A stretch of DNA of 55,615 nucleotides from a bacterium (GCA_029571125.1 JAKPTH010000501.1:1-55615), one strand, 5' to 3'; shown: positions 24,394 through 34,795, numbered from the stretch's first letter. Notes: generated by a model from the sequence alone, not told the origin. Translations and numbers: made by a program.

Positions 24394-25503
24394 GACGGAT
24401 TGCAGCTTTTCTATTATATCGTCAGTTTCGATTGAATCCATGCAGTTATAATATGTGCAGGCCGATTTAATACATTTTACGCAGGAACCGCCGTTGACGA
24501 TATTGCTTTTTTCGCTCGAAACCGATTTCGGCATTATAACTTCTGCGCCGACGGGCTTATACGGCCCCCATCTGACCGGCGTGCAGACGAATATAGGGCA
24601 GAACAGCGCGACGACCGGTTTGCGAAGGGCCACGGCGGCATGCAATATTCCGGTAGACGGCGCGATAACGGCGTCGGCCGAGGCTATCATCGCGAAAGAG
24701 TTTTTCAAAACGCCGCCGCTATTAAAAACTTCGCTTTTGTAATATAAAGGCGTGAATGAAAGACTGGATAAAAAATCTTCTTTAAGCTCTTCTTCCGCAG
24801 GCCCCGTGGACAGAAAAATTTCAAATCCTTTACAGTAAAGTTTTTCCATTAATTCCGCATATAACGCCCGGCTCATATTAAGCGCGGACCCGCCCGAACC
24901 CGGGTGTATCATAATAAGCTTCCTGCCGCTTTTTTTGAAAGATTCATAGCTCGTATCGCGTTGCCGCAAAATCATTTCGTTAAGATAATTTTTAGCGAAC
25001 GACTCGCTTTCCTTATCTAAGTAAAGCTCCGACGGCGGATTTTCGAACCCGGCTTCGAGTGGCCGCCTTATAAGATCCAGGTTATATTCGGCTTCGTTAG
25101 CTTTACACAGGGAACGTTTCTGGCCGACGCGGCATGTCGATAAGAATTGATAAATCTTCGACGCCGGCGAAACGCGCGCCGGAATCCCCGCCAGAAACGC
25201 CGTAAGCGCGGCCCTGGCAGTCAGATGCAAAATGAAACATACGTCGTACTTCCGGCCCGAAATATTTTTAACGAGCTCGAAAAATTTTGATGAAAACATT
25301 CCGTAACCGGAAGGATCGTCAGTTATGACTTCGTTTATATTGGGGTTGCCGCTAAAAACAGGCGCAGTATAAGGAGTGGTAAGCACGTCTATGACGGCGT
25401 TTTTATTTACGGCCTTAATAGCCGAAAACACCGGCGTAGATAAAATACAATCGCCGAGCCGGTCCGTCCTTATAACGAGCGCCTTATTTAAATTAAAATT
25501 CAC
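24376..25503 (-). CDS. family 9 glycosyltransferase (LPS heptosyltransferase-like)
   Basis: IRTDRLGDCILSTPVF N-terminal motif, HPGSGG, GILHAAVAL, and a C-terminal Cys cluster CVKC..C..C. GTG start. Confidence 0.75.
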   Translation of the reverse strand: MNFNLNKALVIRTDRLGDCILSTPVFSAIKAVNKNAVIDVLTTPYTAPVFSGNPNINEVITDDPSGYGMFSSKFFELVKNISGRKYDVCFILHLTARAALTAFLAGIPARVSPASKIYQFLSTCRVGQKRSLCKANEAEYNLDLIRRPLEAGFENPPSELYLDKESESFAKNYLNEMILRQRDTSYESFKKSGRKLIMIHPGSGGSALNMSRALYAELMEKLYCKGFEIFLSTGPAEEELKEDFLSSLSFTPLYYKSEVFNSGGVLKNSFAMIASADAVIAPSTGILHAAVALRKPVVALFCPIFVCTPVRWGPYKPVGAEVIMPKSVSSEKSNIVNGGSCVKCIKSACTYYNCMDSIETDDIIEKLQSVLNSKK

Positions 25504-25525
25504 GGTAAATATTAACTTTTATTAA

Positions 25526-25783
25526 TTATAGTGTAAAAGCCATTTTTTCGACCTTAACCCCTTCGATCGCGGTCAGGTCTTTTTGAAGTTTGTCCCATTC
25601 TTTTTTATCACCGGTGAGTTCGAGCACTATCAGGCCGTTGCGGGCGCATTTATTGTCGCCGGCTTCATGCAGTCCGAGGCGGGTTTTTATCGAGCATCCG
25701 TATTTTGTAAGAGCTTCCTGAATTTTTACGGCGTCTTTAACTCTGTCCGGTATTAAAATTCCTAAAATTCTCAATTCGTTCAT
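25526..25783 (-). CDS. small ACT-like protein resembling the TM1266 family (annotated elsewhere as iron-only hydrogenase system regulator)
   Basis: 85 aa. ILGILIPDR..AV.KIQEALTKYGCSIKTRLGLHE...LIVLEL.GD...KLQKDLTAIEGVKV recalls TM1266-type sequences. SD AGGAGG. Confidence 0.4.
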   Translation of the reverse strand: MNELRILGILIPDRVKDAVKIQEALTKYGCSIKTRLGLHEAGDNKCARNGLIVLELTGDKKEWDKLQKDLTAIEGVKVEKMAFTL

Positions 25784-26079
25784 TTCGTCCTCCTGATAAA
25801 TAAAACTCGTTCAGTCATAAATTTGAAGCGTTTTAATAATATCAAACATTTAAAATATTGTCAATTCATAAATTAGCTTTTAATTTCAAGATTTATTAAG
25901 GGTTTTCAACCAAAAATAATTTGCAATCACGATTTTTATTTTTCAGCCGATATTCATATAAGCCAATAGTATATATTCGAGGCATTTTTTCAAATAACCT
26001 GAAAAACCTCAAATAATTGTATTTACAGTTATTTTAAGCAGTGTATTAATAATATATAAACCGGGAGAGTAAGGATATC

Positions 26080-29000
26080 ATGAAACAAAATATCAAAAGC
26101 CAGACGCGATCGGCAGCGCTTTCGTTAGCTTTAATGCTCATAGTTATTTTCACGCAGGGATGCGTAAGCGGAGGTGGCGGATTTAATAACTCGGGCGGAA
26201 CGCCGCCCGTAACCGTTAATTATAACACTACGGTTTCAGGTTATCTTTACGACGATTCGATTTCGTCGCCGGCGCTTTACGCGGGCCTTGCTGCTTCGCG
26301 ATCGGTCATAATAGTGGCCGAAAAGAAACAATATACCGTGCCGACGGACGGCGCCGGCTTCTTCAAAGCCGATATAGAACTTTTAAACGCTTCGTCGACC
26401 GTTATAATTAAATTTCAGAAAAAAGACAAAACGGTCGTTTCCGGCGAATACATCTTTGAAAAAGGCGGAGTTTACTGTCTGAACGCCTTGATAGAAGGCG
26501 GAACCAGACTTAAAGTAAACGGGGACAAGCTATTTACATTTTCAAAAGTAGAGCATCCCGACAACTTGAAAATTGAAATTAAAAAAGTCCTCGACGAAAG
26601 GCAGAAAACCGCGACGGCCGTTACCCGCGTAACGGGCCGCGTCGTGGTAACCGCGCTTCTCGGCGGGGAAAATAATCCGCCGGCCGGCGTCATAAACACG
26701 GAAGAAGCGCCTTCGATTCCGATAGCCGGCGTTTTAGCGTCGCTTTCAAGCGGCCAGAGCGCCGCGACCGATTCCAACGGATACTTTAATATCGCATGCG
26801 ATTTAAAAGCCGGAAATTATTCTATATCGTTTAAAAAAATCGGCTACCCTGATAAAATAGTTAATTTTACGGTTGAAGCCAAAGATTACTCTCTCGCGTC
26901 CGTTAATTTCTTCGCCGAAATGGAGTCCGGCCTCAAATCTCTTACGTTAAGCAAGCAAAACGATAATATGAGCGAAAATTCAACCTATAACCTTTCAACG
27001 GTAAAAGCCATAGCGTCTTATTCCGATGGAGCCACCCGCGAGGTAGCCGTTACATGGACGGCTTCCGAAGGCGGCATAAATAATTCCATATTCACGCCGC
27101 CGGCTGGCAAAAAAGGACTGGTAGTCTTAACCGCTAAATATGTCGAAGGCGCTAAATCACAGACCGCCGTCCTCACCATATCGGTCAACGCGCTTTTAAA
27201 CTCGCTCACCTTGAGCAAATATTCAGAAACAATAGAAGCGAACGTGCCTTATGATTTAAGAACGGTTAAAACATTCGCCTCTTATTCCGACGGCACCACG
27301 CGCGAAGTCGGCGTCAACTGGCAGACGGACCGCGGAAGCGTTTCAGGATTTAATTACATACCGCCGGCCGGCTATCTCGGCGAAGTAATTTTTACGGCTT
27401 CGTACACAGAAATGCAGATAACTAAAAAAGCGTCATTTAACTTAAGAATATCTCGCGTAGTTAAAACGCTCACTTTAAGCAAGACATACGATGAAACTAC
27501 AGTCGGATCGGTTTATAAACTGGCTGAAATAACTGCCAGCGTTAATTATTCGGATAAAACATCCCGCGTAATAACTCCGGTATGGTCTTATAACGGCTTA
27601 GTGCTCGACGAACAGCGCGCATTTTTAGCGCCCGCCATACCGCAAAATATAACACTGACCGCGTCACACTCAGAAGACGGAATAAGCGCAACGGCGGTAA
27701 TCGATTTAAAGGTCAAACCGTTAATCACGGCGTTATCGAAATATATTGGCGTGCCTGGCGAAAAAATCACCATAACCGGTCTTGGTTTCGGAACTACTCG
27801 CGGCGACAGCCTAGTTAAATTCAACGACAAATATGCCTCTGATTTAGATATAGAATCATGGTCGAATACGCAAATTACATTAAAAGTTCCGGCAGACAGT
27901 ATACCCGGCCCGATCGCGGTCATAGTTAATCATATACAGAGCGACGGCGTTAATTTCGACGTAAGTCATATTGTTTCGATAACTCCGTCAACCGGAACCG
28001 CACAGACGATGGTAACAATCACAGGTAAGGGATTCGGTTCATCGCAAGGCGCTAATAAATTAAAATTCGGTGATATAGACACCACTGACATAATTTCGTG
28101 GTCCAACACAAAAATAGTGGCGCGTGTTCCTGCTAATGCACAATACGGCAAAGTATTCGTTGAAATTAATGGGCTGCGTACGAACGGCATTTCATTTGGC
28201 CTGACTTCGATATTTGCGATATCACCGGCAATAGTAAAACCCGGCGACACTATTACAATTACGGGCGCCGGATTCGGCGAAACGCAGGGAATGGCTGGCA
28301 GCGTTAAATTCAACGACACGAGCGCTTCATATATTAAAAAATGGTCAGACACGCATATCGAAACAATTGTTCCGCAGGACGTTAAATCAGGCTATTTAAC
28401 GGTCACGGCGGGCGGAATAACGAGCAACCGGTTTAAATACGATATGACATCTATATCGGGACTCGTTCCGGCGTTTGGATTCGCTGGCGATTGGGTCGAA
28501 ATTATGGGCGCTGGATTCGGCGATTCACAGATCGGTTCGTCGATAACTTTTAACGGCATGCCGGCATCCGTAATAGATAGTTGGTATAACGACATTATCA
28601 AAGTAAAAGTGCCTGCCGGCGCGGCAACGGGCAAAGTAAAAGTAAAAATAAATAATATCGAATATATCAGTGATAATAATTTTGAACTCACTTCGATATC
28701 TTCTATAAACCCTCATTACGGACCTGCCGGCACGGTCGTCGATATATACGGAACCGGGTTCGGCGAGGCGCGTGTCGGGCGCATCATTAAAATAGGCGCC
28801 ACAGAAATTAATGCAATCACATCATGGACGAATAATAAAATAACCGTAATAATTCCGGCTACGGCGATTTCTGGTACGATTAAGTTAATTTCCGGCGCAT
28901 CGGAAACTAACGCCGGCAACATATTCAACGTTACTAATATAGTATCCATAACGCCCGTGCGGGGCGTAATAGGCACGATCGTGACTATAAACGGATCTAA

Positions 29001-32000
29001 CTTTGGCGACACGCAGGGCACGGTTAAATTCGGGGCGACAGCCGCATCAGAAATAATATCATGGACGAATTCTAAAATAATAGTAAAAGTACCGGCAGAT
29101 GCGGTTTCCGGAAGTGTTTCGATAACATCTACCGGCGGCGCGGTTCATAACGGCTTCAATTTTGAAGTGGTTAATATAACACAGATAACACCTTCAGCAG
29201 GCACTTACGGCGATGAAATAACTATTTCGGGATCCGGGTTCGGCGTGACGCCCGCCATCGGTAATATCGTTAAAATAGGCACAATAAGCGTTTCTGAAAT
29301 TAAATCATGGTCGGATAGAGAAATTAAATTTATCGTGCCAGATAAATCGGTCAGCGCAAAAACGTCTGTCACGGTCAACGGCATTACGACTAACGGAGTC
29401 GATTTCAAAGTCATCGCTATTTCATCGTTATCACAAAATTACGGTCCTATCGGCATGCCTATTACAATTAAAGGTTCGGGATTCGGAGGCGCTCAAACTG
29501 TTAATAATTCGGTTAAATTCAGCGGCGCCGCCATTGCCGAAATCGATATAATCAAGTGGAGCGATACTGAAATTATCGCTAGAATACCGGCTTCGGCGGC
29601 AGCCGGCAGCGGTTCAATTCATATTTCATCGAACGGCGTTGCCAGCAATTCGGTAACTTTTGAAGTGACGCATATTAATTCGGTCAATCCGGTTCAGGGC
29701 ACCGCGGGTACTCAATTAATCATTTACGGCACCGGATTCGGCCCGTTGCGCGGATCTAATAATGTCATATTTAACTCGGCGAGCGCCGCCTCTATAGTTT
29801 CATGGGTAAACGATAAAATTACCGTGGCGGTTCCGGCTAATTCCGTTTCAGGCTTGCTCGAAGTGGTTATATCCGGCGTTAAAAGTAATTCTAAAGCTGT
29901 AAGCATTATTTCGATTAATTCACTATCAGCGATACGCGGCGCGGTTAATACTCAAATATCGGTAAACGGTACCGGCTTCGGCGGCACAAAGGGCGCAAAT
30001 AAAATATTAATAAATAATATCGAAATGCCCGTAGCTGGAGGTCTATGGACCGACAGCATGGTGCGTGTAACGATACCCGATAACGCCGTGTCAGGGTCAA
30101 TAAAAGCTGTCATTAATGATTTCGAAACTAACGCAATGCCGTTCGAAGTAGTGCGCTTTACGGTCGATGCTCCGATAGCGCCTGCATACGGCCCAACCGG
30201 CACGCTAGTTACGATCAACGGCTCAGGATTCGGCGCGACCAAAGGATCTGTCGCATTCAACGGCATCGGTGCGGCTTTAATCAATGAATGGAAAGATAAT
30301 AAAATAACCGCGACAATTCCAGCCGGTTCATCGTCCGGGCCTGTAACGGTTACTAGCGGCGACATAACATTATCATCGTCTCAGGCGTCTTTCAAGTTAA
30401 CTAAAATAAATTCCATAACACCATCCTACGGCCCGATCGGATCTACAATTAAACTCAACGGCGAAGGTTTCGGCGCAACGCAGGCCGGTAATTTAATTAA
30501 ATTCAACGGCGCAACGGCTTCAACGGCAGATATAGTATCGTGGAACGATAACTTTGTCGAGGTAAAAGTGCCGCATGGCGCTTCAAGCGGCGGCGTCAAA
30601 GTAAATATATGGGGTATCGATTCTGCGGCCTTTGATTTCACCGTCACCAATATAGCCAGTTTAGTGCCCGCGTACGGCCCAATCGGAACGCCGGTCACGA
30701 TCAACGGCGCAGGGTTCGGCGCGATCGCCGGAACCGTTAAATTCAATACTGCGACGGCTATCGTCGCGCCAGGCAACTGGAGCGATACCGCGATATTAAC
30801 CAGCGTTCCTGACGAAGCCCAATCCGGCGCCGTGAGCGTTAGCATATCCGGTATTTTAAATACCTGGACAGGGTTTAAAGTTACTAAAATCACCGCCATA
30901 GACCGTGAATTCGGGCCGGTCGGATTAAAAGTGACGATTAGCGGCGAAGGGTTCGGACCCGCCAGAGGCGGTAACGGCGTTTATTTCAACTCGCTGCCGG
31001 CGGCGGCTGAAGATTATTTTCTGTGGTCGGATGATTCGATAATCGTTAAAGTGCCGGCTGGAGCATCGAGCGGTAATATCAAAGTTAAGATCGGCGATTT
31101 ATATAGTAACGATAAAAGCTTTAAAGTATCGACGATAACCTCGCTCCTGCCTGATTATGGGCCTGCCGGAACAGTCGTCGATATCAACGGCACTGCTTTC
31201 GGCGCCACGCAGGGAACGGGACGCGTTCTTTACGGCGGTGTGAGCCTCGCGTCGGGCGATATATATTCATGGAGCGATACAAAAATAAGGGTTAAAGTGC
31301 CGGCCGGATCCGCCAGCAGCGCTTTTACCATCGAAGTAAACGGCAAGGCCACCAATCAATATAATTTTTTCATCACTAAAATCGACTCGATCGATAAGCT
31401 GAAAGTAACCGCCGGCGAGGTCATTAAAATTTACGGCTCCGGCTTCGGACCGGTTAAAGGCAACACCAGAGTGCTTTTTGACGCGCTAAATTCGGCGGCC
31501 GTCGAAGCGGTCGTCAATCAGGGCAACTGGAACAGGAATACCGTCGAGGTAATAGTTCCTTACGGCGCGGTGTCGGGTAATTTGCGCGTGGAAATGAACG
31601 GAATTACATCGCAAGCTTATGCATACCAGGCGCTTAATATTTCTTCGCTCACGCCGTTTGCCGGCACGGCGGGCCAGGAAGTGACCATAACCGGCTCGGG
31701 TTTCGGAGCGTTCCAGGCGGCCGGCGACACGGTCAAATTTGGCACCACTCCGGTCGAATCTAACGATTACCTCGGCTGGACCGATACGCAGATAAGGGTC
31801 AAGGTGCCGCCATTTGCCGAAAGCGGCGGCGTTACGGTGACCGCTGGCGGCATTACAAGCAACGGTTATCTATTCAATATAGTAAAGATCAGTTCGATCG
31901 CACCCAATCCGCTGAATACCGGGATCGATATAACCGTTTCCGGCAGCGGTTTCGGCACGACGCCTTCGGCCGTAAGCGTTAAATTCAACGATATCACCGC

Positions 32001-33288
32001 CGGCATCGTATCAGAATTATCCAATACTTCATTCAAAGTAAAAGTGCCCGCAAATACGGTCAACGGCAATCTCAGAGTGACGGTCAACGGCATAACGAGT
32101 AATGAAATTTCGTATAAACTGCTTAAAGTAACTACAGTAACGCCGGCATTCGCCAAACGCGGCGATGAAATAACTATAACCGGCGAAGGTTTCGGAGCGT
32201 CACAGGGCGTTAACAGCGTTAAGATAGGCGCATTTGATCTAACCGTATCTGTTTGGAGCGATACCGAAATTCGCGGCAATGTAGCCGCCGGAACACTTCC
32301 GGGCTATTTACGCATCGTGGTCAATAACGTCGAAAGTAATAAAGTATGGTTTGAAACCCAACTTAACTATAACTACATTTCTCAATTCGGCGGAACGGGC
32401 GCCGGCGATTCGCAGTTCAACGCCGCGGCGGACATAGCGCTCGATAGCGCTGGTAATATCTGGGCCGCCGACGCCAATAACCATCGCGTGCAAAAATTTA
32501 ATTCGGCCGGCACTCTTCTCGGCTGGATCGGGCGGGACAATACCGGCGGCTCTGGCTGGCACAACCCGCTTTCAGGTAAAACTTCAGTAAGCGGTTCCGG
32601 CAATTCAGAATTCGACACGGTGACGGGAGTCGCGGTCGATTCCACTAATAACCTGTACGTTGTCGATTCAGGCAATAAAAAAATCAAAAAATTCGATTCA
32701 AACGGAGGTTATATTAAAACATTCGAAACCCAGGCGTTGAGCATTGCGACCTTCTCGTCACCGTCAAAATTAGCCGTAGATATAGATTCTAATGTATATG
32801 TATCCGATTCGGTCACCAATAAAATCTTACGGTTTACATCTGACGGCAGTTTTGAAGTTGAATTCGGCGGGGCCGGCAACGGCAGCGGCCTGTTCAACGG
32901 CATATCGGGCATCGCAATATCCGCCGATAAAAAAATATTTATCGCCGATACCAATAACCATCGCGTACAGGTATTCGACGCTAACGGCATTTTCGTAACT
33001 TCCTGGGGCGGCTACGGAACCGGCAACGGCAAATTCAACGCCCCGGCAGGCATAACGGTCGACGGTGCGTCCAATGTATATGTGGCAGATACTTTCAATA
33101 ACCGTATACAAAAATTCACGCCGACGGGCGACTATATTCTAAGTTTAGGCGCTTCCGGCGCGGGCAATGGTCAGTTCAACAGGCCTTCGGGCATAGCGGT
33201 CAATATAGTACCGAGCACTTCGGCCGACACGATTTTCATCGCCGATAAAAATAATAACCGCGTGCAAAAATTTTTCAGGGAAAATTGA
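26080..33288 (+). CDS. giant (2402 aa) secreted/possibly lipidated surface protein: CarboxypepD_reg-like + 3 Big_2-like + 19 IPT/TIG + 6-bladed NHL propeller
   Basis: Single uninterrupted ORF. Signal peptide ending LIVIFTQGC (possible lipobox). SD TAAGGA. Domain evidence is given in the three sub-features. Confidence 0.9.
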   Translation: MKQNIKSQTRSAALSLALMLIVIFTQGCVSGGGGFNNSGGTPPVTVNYNTTVSGYLYDDSISSPALYAGLAASRSVIIVAEKKQYTVPTDGAGFFKADIELLNASSTVIIKFQKKDKTVVSGEYIFEKGGVYCLNALIEGGTRLKVNGDKLFTFSKVEHPDNLKIEIKKVLDERQKTATAVTRVTGRVVVTALLGGENNPPAGVINTEEAPSIPIAGVLASLSSGQSAATDSNGYFNIACDLKAGNYSISFKKIGYPDKIVNFTVEAKDYSLASVNFFAEMESGLKSLTLSKQNDNMSENSTYNLSTVKAIASYSDGATREVAVTWTASEGGINNSIFTPPAGKKGLVVLTAKYVEGAKSQTAVLTISVNALLNSLTLSKYSETIEANVPYDLRTVKTFASYSDGTTREVGVNWQTDRGSVSGFNYIPPAGYLGEVIFTASYTEMQITKKASFNLRISRVVKTLTLSKTYDETTVGSVYKLAEITASVNYSDKTSRVITPVWSYNGLVLDEQRAFLAPAIPQNITLTASHSEDGISATAVIDLKVKPLITALSKYIGVPGEKITITGLGFGTTRGDSLVKFNDKYASDLDIESWSNTQITLKVPADSIPGPIAVIVNHIQSDGVNFDVSHIVSITPSTGTAQTMVTITGKGFGSSQGANKLKFGDIDTTDIISWSNTKIVARVPANAQYGKVFVEINGLRTNGISFGLTSIFAISPAIVKPGDTITITGAGFGETQGMAGSVKFNDTSASYIKKWSDTHIETIVPQDVKSGYLTVTAGGITSNRFKYDMTSISGLVPAFGFAGDWVEIMGAGFGDSQIGSSITFNGMPASVIDSWYNDIIKVKVPAGAATGKVKVKINNIEYISDNNFELTSISSINPHYGPAGTVVDIYGTGFGEARVGRIIKIGATEINAITSWTNNKITVIIPATAISGTIKLISGASETNAGNIFNVTNIVSITPVRGVIGTIVTINGSNFGDTQGTVKFGATAASEIISWTNSKIIVKVPADAVSGSVSITSTGGAVHNGFNFEVVNITQITPSAGTYGDEITISGSGFGVTPAIGNIVKIGTISVSEIKSWSDREIKFIVPDKSVSAKTSVTVNGITTNGVDFKVIAISSLSQNYGPIGMPITIKGSGFGGAQTVNNSVKFSGAAIAEIDIIKWSDTEIIARIPASAAAGSGSIHISSNGVASNSVTFEVTHINSVNPVQGTAGTQLIIYGTGFGPLRGSNNVIFNSASAASIVSWVNDKITVAVPANSVSGLLEVVISGVKSNSKAVSIISINSLSAIRGAVNTQISVNGTGFGGTKGANKILINNIEMPVAGGLWTDSMVRVTIPDNAVSGSIKAVINDFETNAMPFEVVRFTVDAPIAPAYGPTGTLVTINGSGFGATKGSVAFNGIGAALINEWKDNKITATIPAGSSSGPVTVTSGDITLSSSQASFKLTKINSITPSYGPIGSTIKLNGEGFGATQAGNLIKFNGATASTADIVSWNDNFVEVKVPHGASSGGVKVNIWGIDSAAFDFTVTNIASLVPAYGPIGTPVTINGAGFGAIAGTVKFNTATAIVAPGNWSDTAILTSVPDEAQSGAVSVSISGILNTWTGFKVTKITAIDREFGPVGLKVTISGEGFGPARGGNGVYFNSLPAAAEDYFLWSDDSIIVKVPAGASSGNIKVKIGDLYSNDKSFKVSTITSLLPDYGPAGTVVDINGTAFGATQGTGRVLYGGVSLASGDIYSWSDTKIRVKVPAGSASSAFTIEVNGKATNQYNFFITKIDSIDKLKVTAGEVIKIYGSGFGPVKGNTRVLFDALNSAAVEAVVNQGNWNRNTVEVIVPYGAVSGNLRVEMNGITSQAYAYQALNISSLTPFAGTAGQEVTITGSGFGAFQAAGDTVKFGTTPVESNDYLGWTDTQIRVKVPPFAESGGVTVTAGGITSNGYLFNIVKISSIAPNPLNTGIDITVSGSGFGTTPSAVSVKFNDITAGIVSELSNTSFKVKVPANTVNGNLRVTVNGITSNEISYKLLKVTTVTPAFAKRGDEITITGEGFGASQGVNSVKIGAFDLTVSVWSDTEIRGNVAAGTLPGYLRIVVNNVESNKVWFETQLNYNYISQFGGTGAGDSQFNAAADIALDSAGNIWAADANNHRVQKFNSAGTLLGWIGRDNTGGSGWHNPLSGKTSVSGSGNSEFDTVTGVAVDSTNNLYVVDSGNKKIKKFDSNGGYIKTFETQALSIATFSSPSKLAVDIDSNVYVSDSVTNKILRFTSDGSFEVEFGGAGNGSGLFNGISGIAISADKKIFIADTNNHRVQVFDANGIFVTSWGGYGTGNGKFNAPAGITVDGASNVYVADTFNNRIQKFTPTGDYILSLGASGAGNGQFNRPSGIAVNIVPSTSADTIFIADKNNNRVQKFFREN
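26923..27717 (+). repeat. 3 tandem Big_2-like Ig repeats (~87 aa each) within the giant CDS
   Basis: Recurring L(K/N/K)(S/T)LTLSK...Y.L..V.A.ASYSDG.TREV.V.W... pattern. Confidence 0.6.
27721..32358 (+). repeat. 19 tandem IPT/TIG repeats (~81 aa / ~244 nt each) within the giant CDS
   Basis: Nineteen occurrences of I.SI.P..G..G..VTI.G.GFG..QG...V.F......I.SW.D..I...VP..A.SG.V.V...G..SN...F.V. I counted the G(F/N/A)FG-type motifs one by one. The copies are diverged at the DNA level. Confidence 0.8.
32371..33285 (+). repeat. 6 NHL repeats (beta-propeller) at the C-terminus of the giant CDS
   Basis: ADANNHRVQKFNSAG, VDSGNKKIKKFDSNG, SDSVTNKILRFTSDG, ADTNNHRVQVFDANG, ADTFNNRIQKFTPTG, ADKNNNRVQKFFREN. 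Confidence 0.8.
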
Positions 33289-33301
33289 AATATAGATTAA
33301 A

Positions 33302-33342
33302 AAGGAAAGGAGAAAAGGTTGACAACCTTTTCTCCTTTCCTT
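33302..33342 (+). terminator. perfect 19-bp hairpin after the giant gene (no U-tract)
   Basis: AAGGAAAGGAGAAAAGGTT-GAC-AACCTTTTCTCCTTTCCTT. It has a purine-rich 5' arm like the 903 and 20737 hairpins. It is followed by AAATCGG, so it may act as a stabiliser or Rho-assisted stop rather than a canonical terminator. Confidence 0.45.
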
Positions 33343-33402
33343 AAATCGGCGAGCGCCGAATCGGAAATAAAATTCAAAAGTAAATAAATTTATTCGGCTT
33401 CC

Positions 33403-33432
33403 TTCACAAATTTATTAAAAAATTACTATACT
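33403..33432 (+). promoter_or_regulatory. sigma70-type promoter placing the TSS at or next to ATG 33437 (leaderless)
   Basis: TTCACA (33403-33408), an 18-nt spacer, then TATACT (33427-33432). ATG starts 4 nt after the -10 box, with no SD. Confidence 0.4.
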
Positions 33433-33436
33433 TACC

Positions 33437-34795
33437 ATGAGTAAGTTTTTATTTTTATTGCGTACCTTTTTATGTCATGGAGAAAAATTTAATTACAGGG
33501 AGGTACACGCAATGCTTTTTTTGCTTTCGTGTCTATTGAAGTCATGTCTTTCATTCCTGACTCTGGCGACCTTATTTTCCGATTTTAAGGCCGATTCCAT
33601 TCTGGTCGTTTTCATATCGGCGCAAATTATAACGCTGGATTATTTCATATTTTTAAATAATGAAATACCTTACTTCAACTTTTCTTTCTTTAAAGACCTG
33701 AATTTATTCACTTTTAAAAGAAAATTCGCGGCTATAAGTTCAGCCTGCCTCATGATCGGTTCGATGTGCTTTTTCGTTTCGCCTCTTTATTCGAGCGAAA
33801 ACATCTGTATTCCAGAGTTAAAAGACCTTAAACAATATACCGCCGACACTAACTTCATGAGCTTTGAAGGGTATATAGTTTCGCACTTTAAAATCAGGTA
33901 CGGCAAAGATATTTCAAGAGGAGAAGCCCGTAAGATAGTTAAAGAATACTTTAAAAAGAAATCAAAATTTCAAACATTAGATAACAGTCAGGTAATTTCA
34001 GGCATTAATTCAGTTAAAGCCGATATAAATCCGGCTTTAATCGAAAAATGGCGCAACAACGAAGATAAATGCAGAAATATACTGACTTCGTTAAAAAATA
34101 TGGAAAGCGGCGGCGCGCAAAGTTTAAAAACTCAAAAAACTACTCCAGCCCTTGCAGTGAAAGAAACGGCCAAGCCCAAAACGGATTGCCCGGGCAAAGA
34201 CATAAAAATTAAAACCGTTCACTCCGGCATAGCGGTTGACAAAACCAGCCCCGAAAAACTCGAAAAGGCTCAAACGCCTTCTGAACCTGTAGAAATAACC
34301 GGCGACGAAGGCTCGTTTTTCAATTCAAAAAGAGTCGTCCTTCTTCCTTTTAAAGTCGCTGACGGCGGATGCGAGGCGCTGGATACGGTTTCGTATTTTA
34401 CGGCGAAATGTCTCCAAGAAAAAGGATACGAAGTTATAAGCGGCGCTGATATCTCCGGCGTATGCTTCAACCTCGACGACCTTGACAATTCGAAAATAAG
34501 GGAAATAGCGCAAAAGTTCGACGCGAATTTCATTATAACAGGCGATATTTTAAAGTATAAAAAATATATAAAAAGTCAAACAACCATCAACAGAGCATTT
34601 CTAGAAACACAAAACATGATTGAAATAGAAATTAATACTAAAATACATAACGCTTCCAGCGAAAAATGTTTCAGCGATTCCGAAAAAGCAAAGTGCAAGT
34701 CTCAGGCGTTCGAAACCCTTGACGACACACACGAAACAATGTTTTTTACAGTTAAAGCTTTAGTCTATAAGTTATATTCAAAGTTCAAACTATAA
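33437..34795 (+). CDS. membrane protein of unknown function; C-terminal region resembles the TolB-N/LpoB/CsgG-like alpha-beta module
   Basis: Hydrophobic N-terminal third. The C-terminus KRVVLLPFKVADGG...LQEKGYEVISG...KFDANFIITGDILKY fits the pattern 'vavlpF...g..l...L...G..vv.....ad.vitG.i'. The start is uncertain, but a candidate leaderless promoter supports 33437. Confidence 0.4.
   Translation: MSKFLFLLRTFLCHGEKFNYREVHAMLFLLSCLLKSCLSFLTLATLFSDFKADSILVVFISAQIITLDYFIFLNNEIPYFNFSFFKDLNLFTFKRKFAAISSACLMIGSMCFFVSPLYSSENICIPELKDLKQYTADTNFMSFEGYIVSHFKIRYGKDISRGEARKIVKEYFKKKSKFQTLDNSQVISGINSVKADINPALIEKWRNNEDKCRNILTSLKNMESGGAQSLKTQKTTPALAVKETAKPKTDCPGKDIKIKTVHSGIAVDKTSPEKLEKAQTPSEPVEITGDEGSFFNSKRVVLLPFKVADGGCEALDTVSYFTAKCLQEKGYEVISGADISGVCFNLDDLDNSKIREIAQKFDANFIITGDILKYKKYIKSQTTINRAFLETQNMIEIEINTKIHNASSEKCFSDSEKAKCKSQAFETLDDTHETMFFTVKALVYKLYSKFKL

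Noticed and set aside
26472-33111. About 20 minus-strand ORFs (60-157 aa) inside the giant gene; regular ~244-nt periodicity that could suggest a repeat array or CRISPR
   Set aside because: The periodicity is the IPT/TIG protein repeat in a single intact 7.2-kb plus-strand ORF. The units are diverged, with no identical direct repeats or spacers, and the antisense ORFs are shadows.
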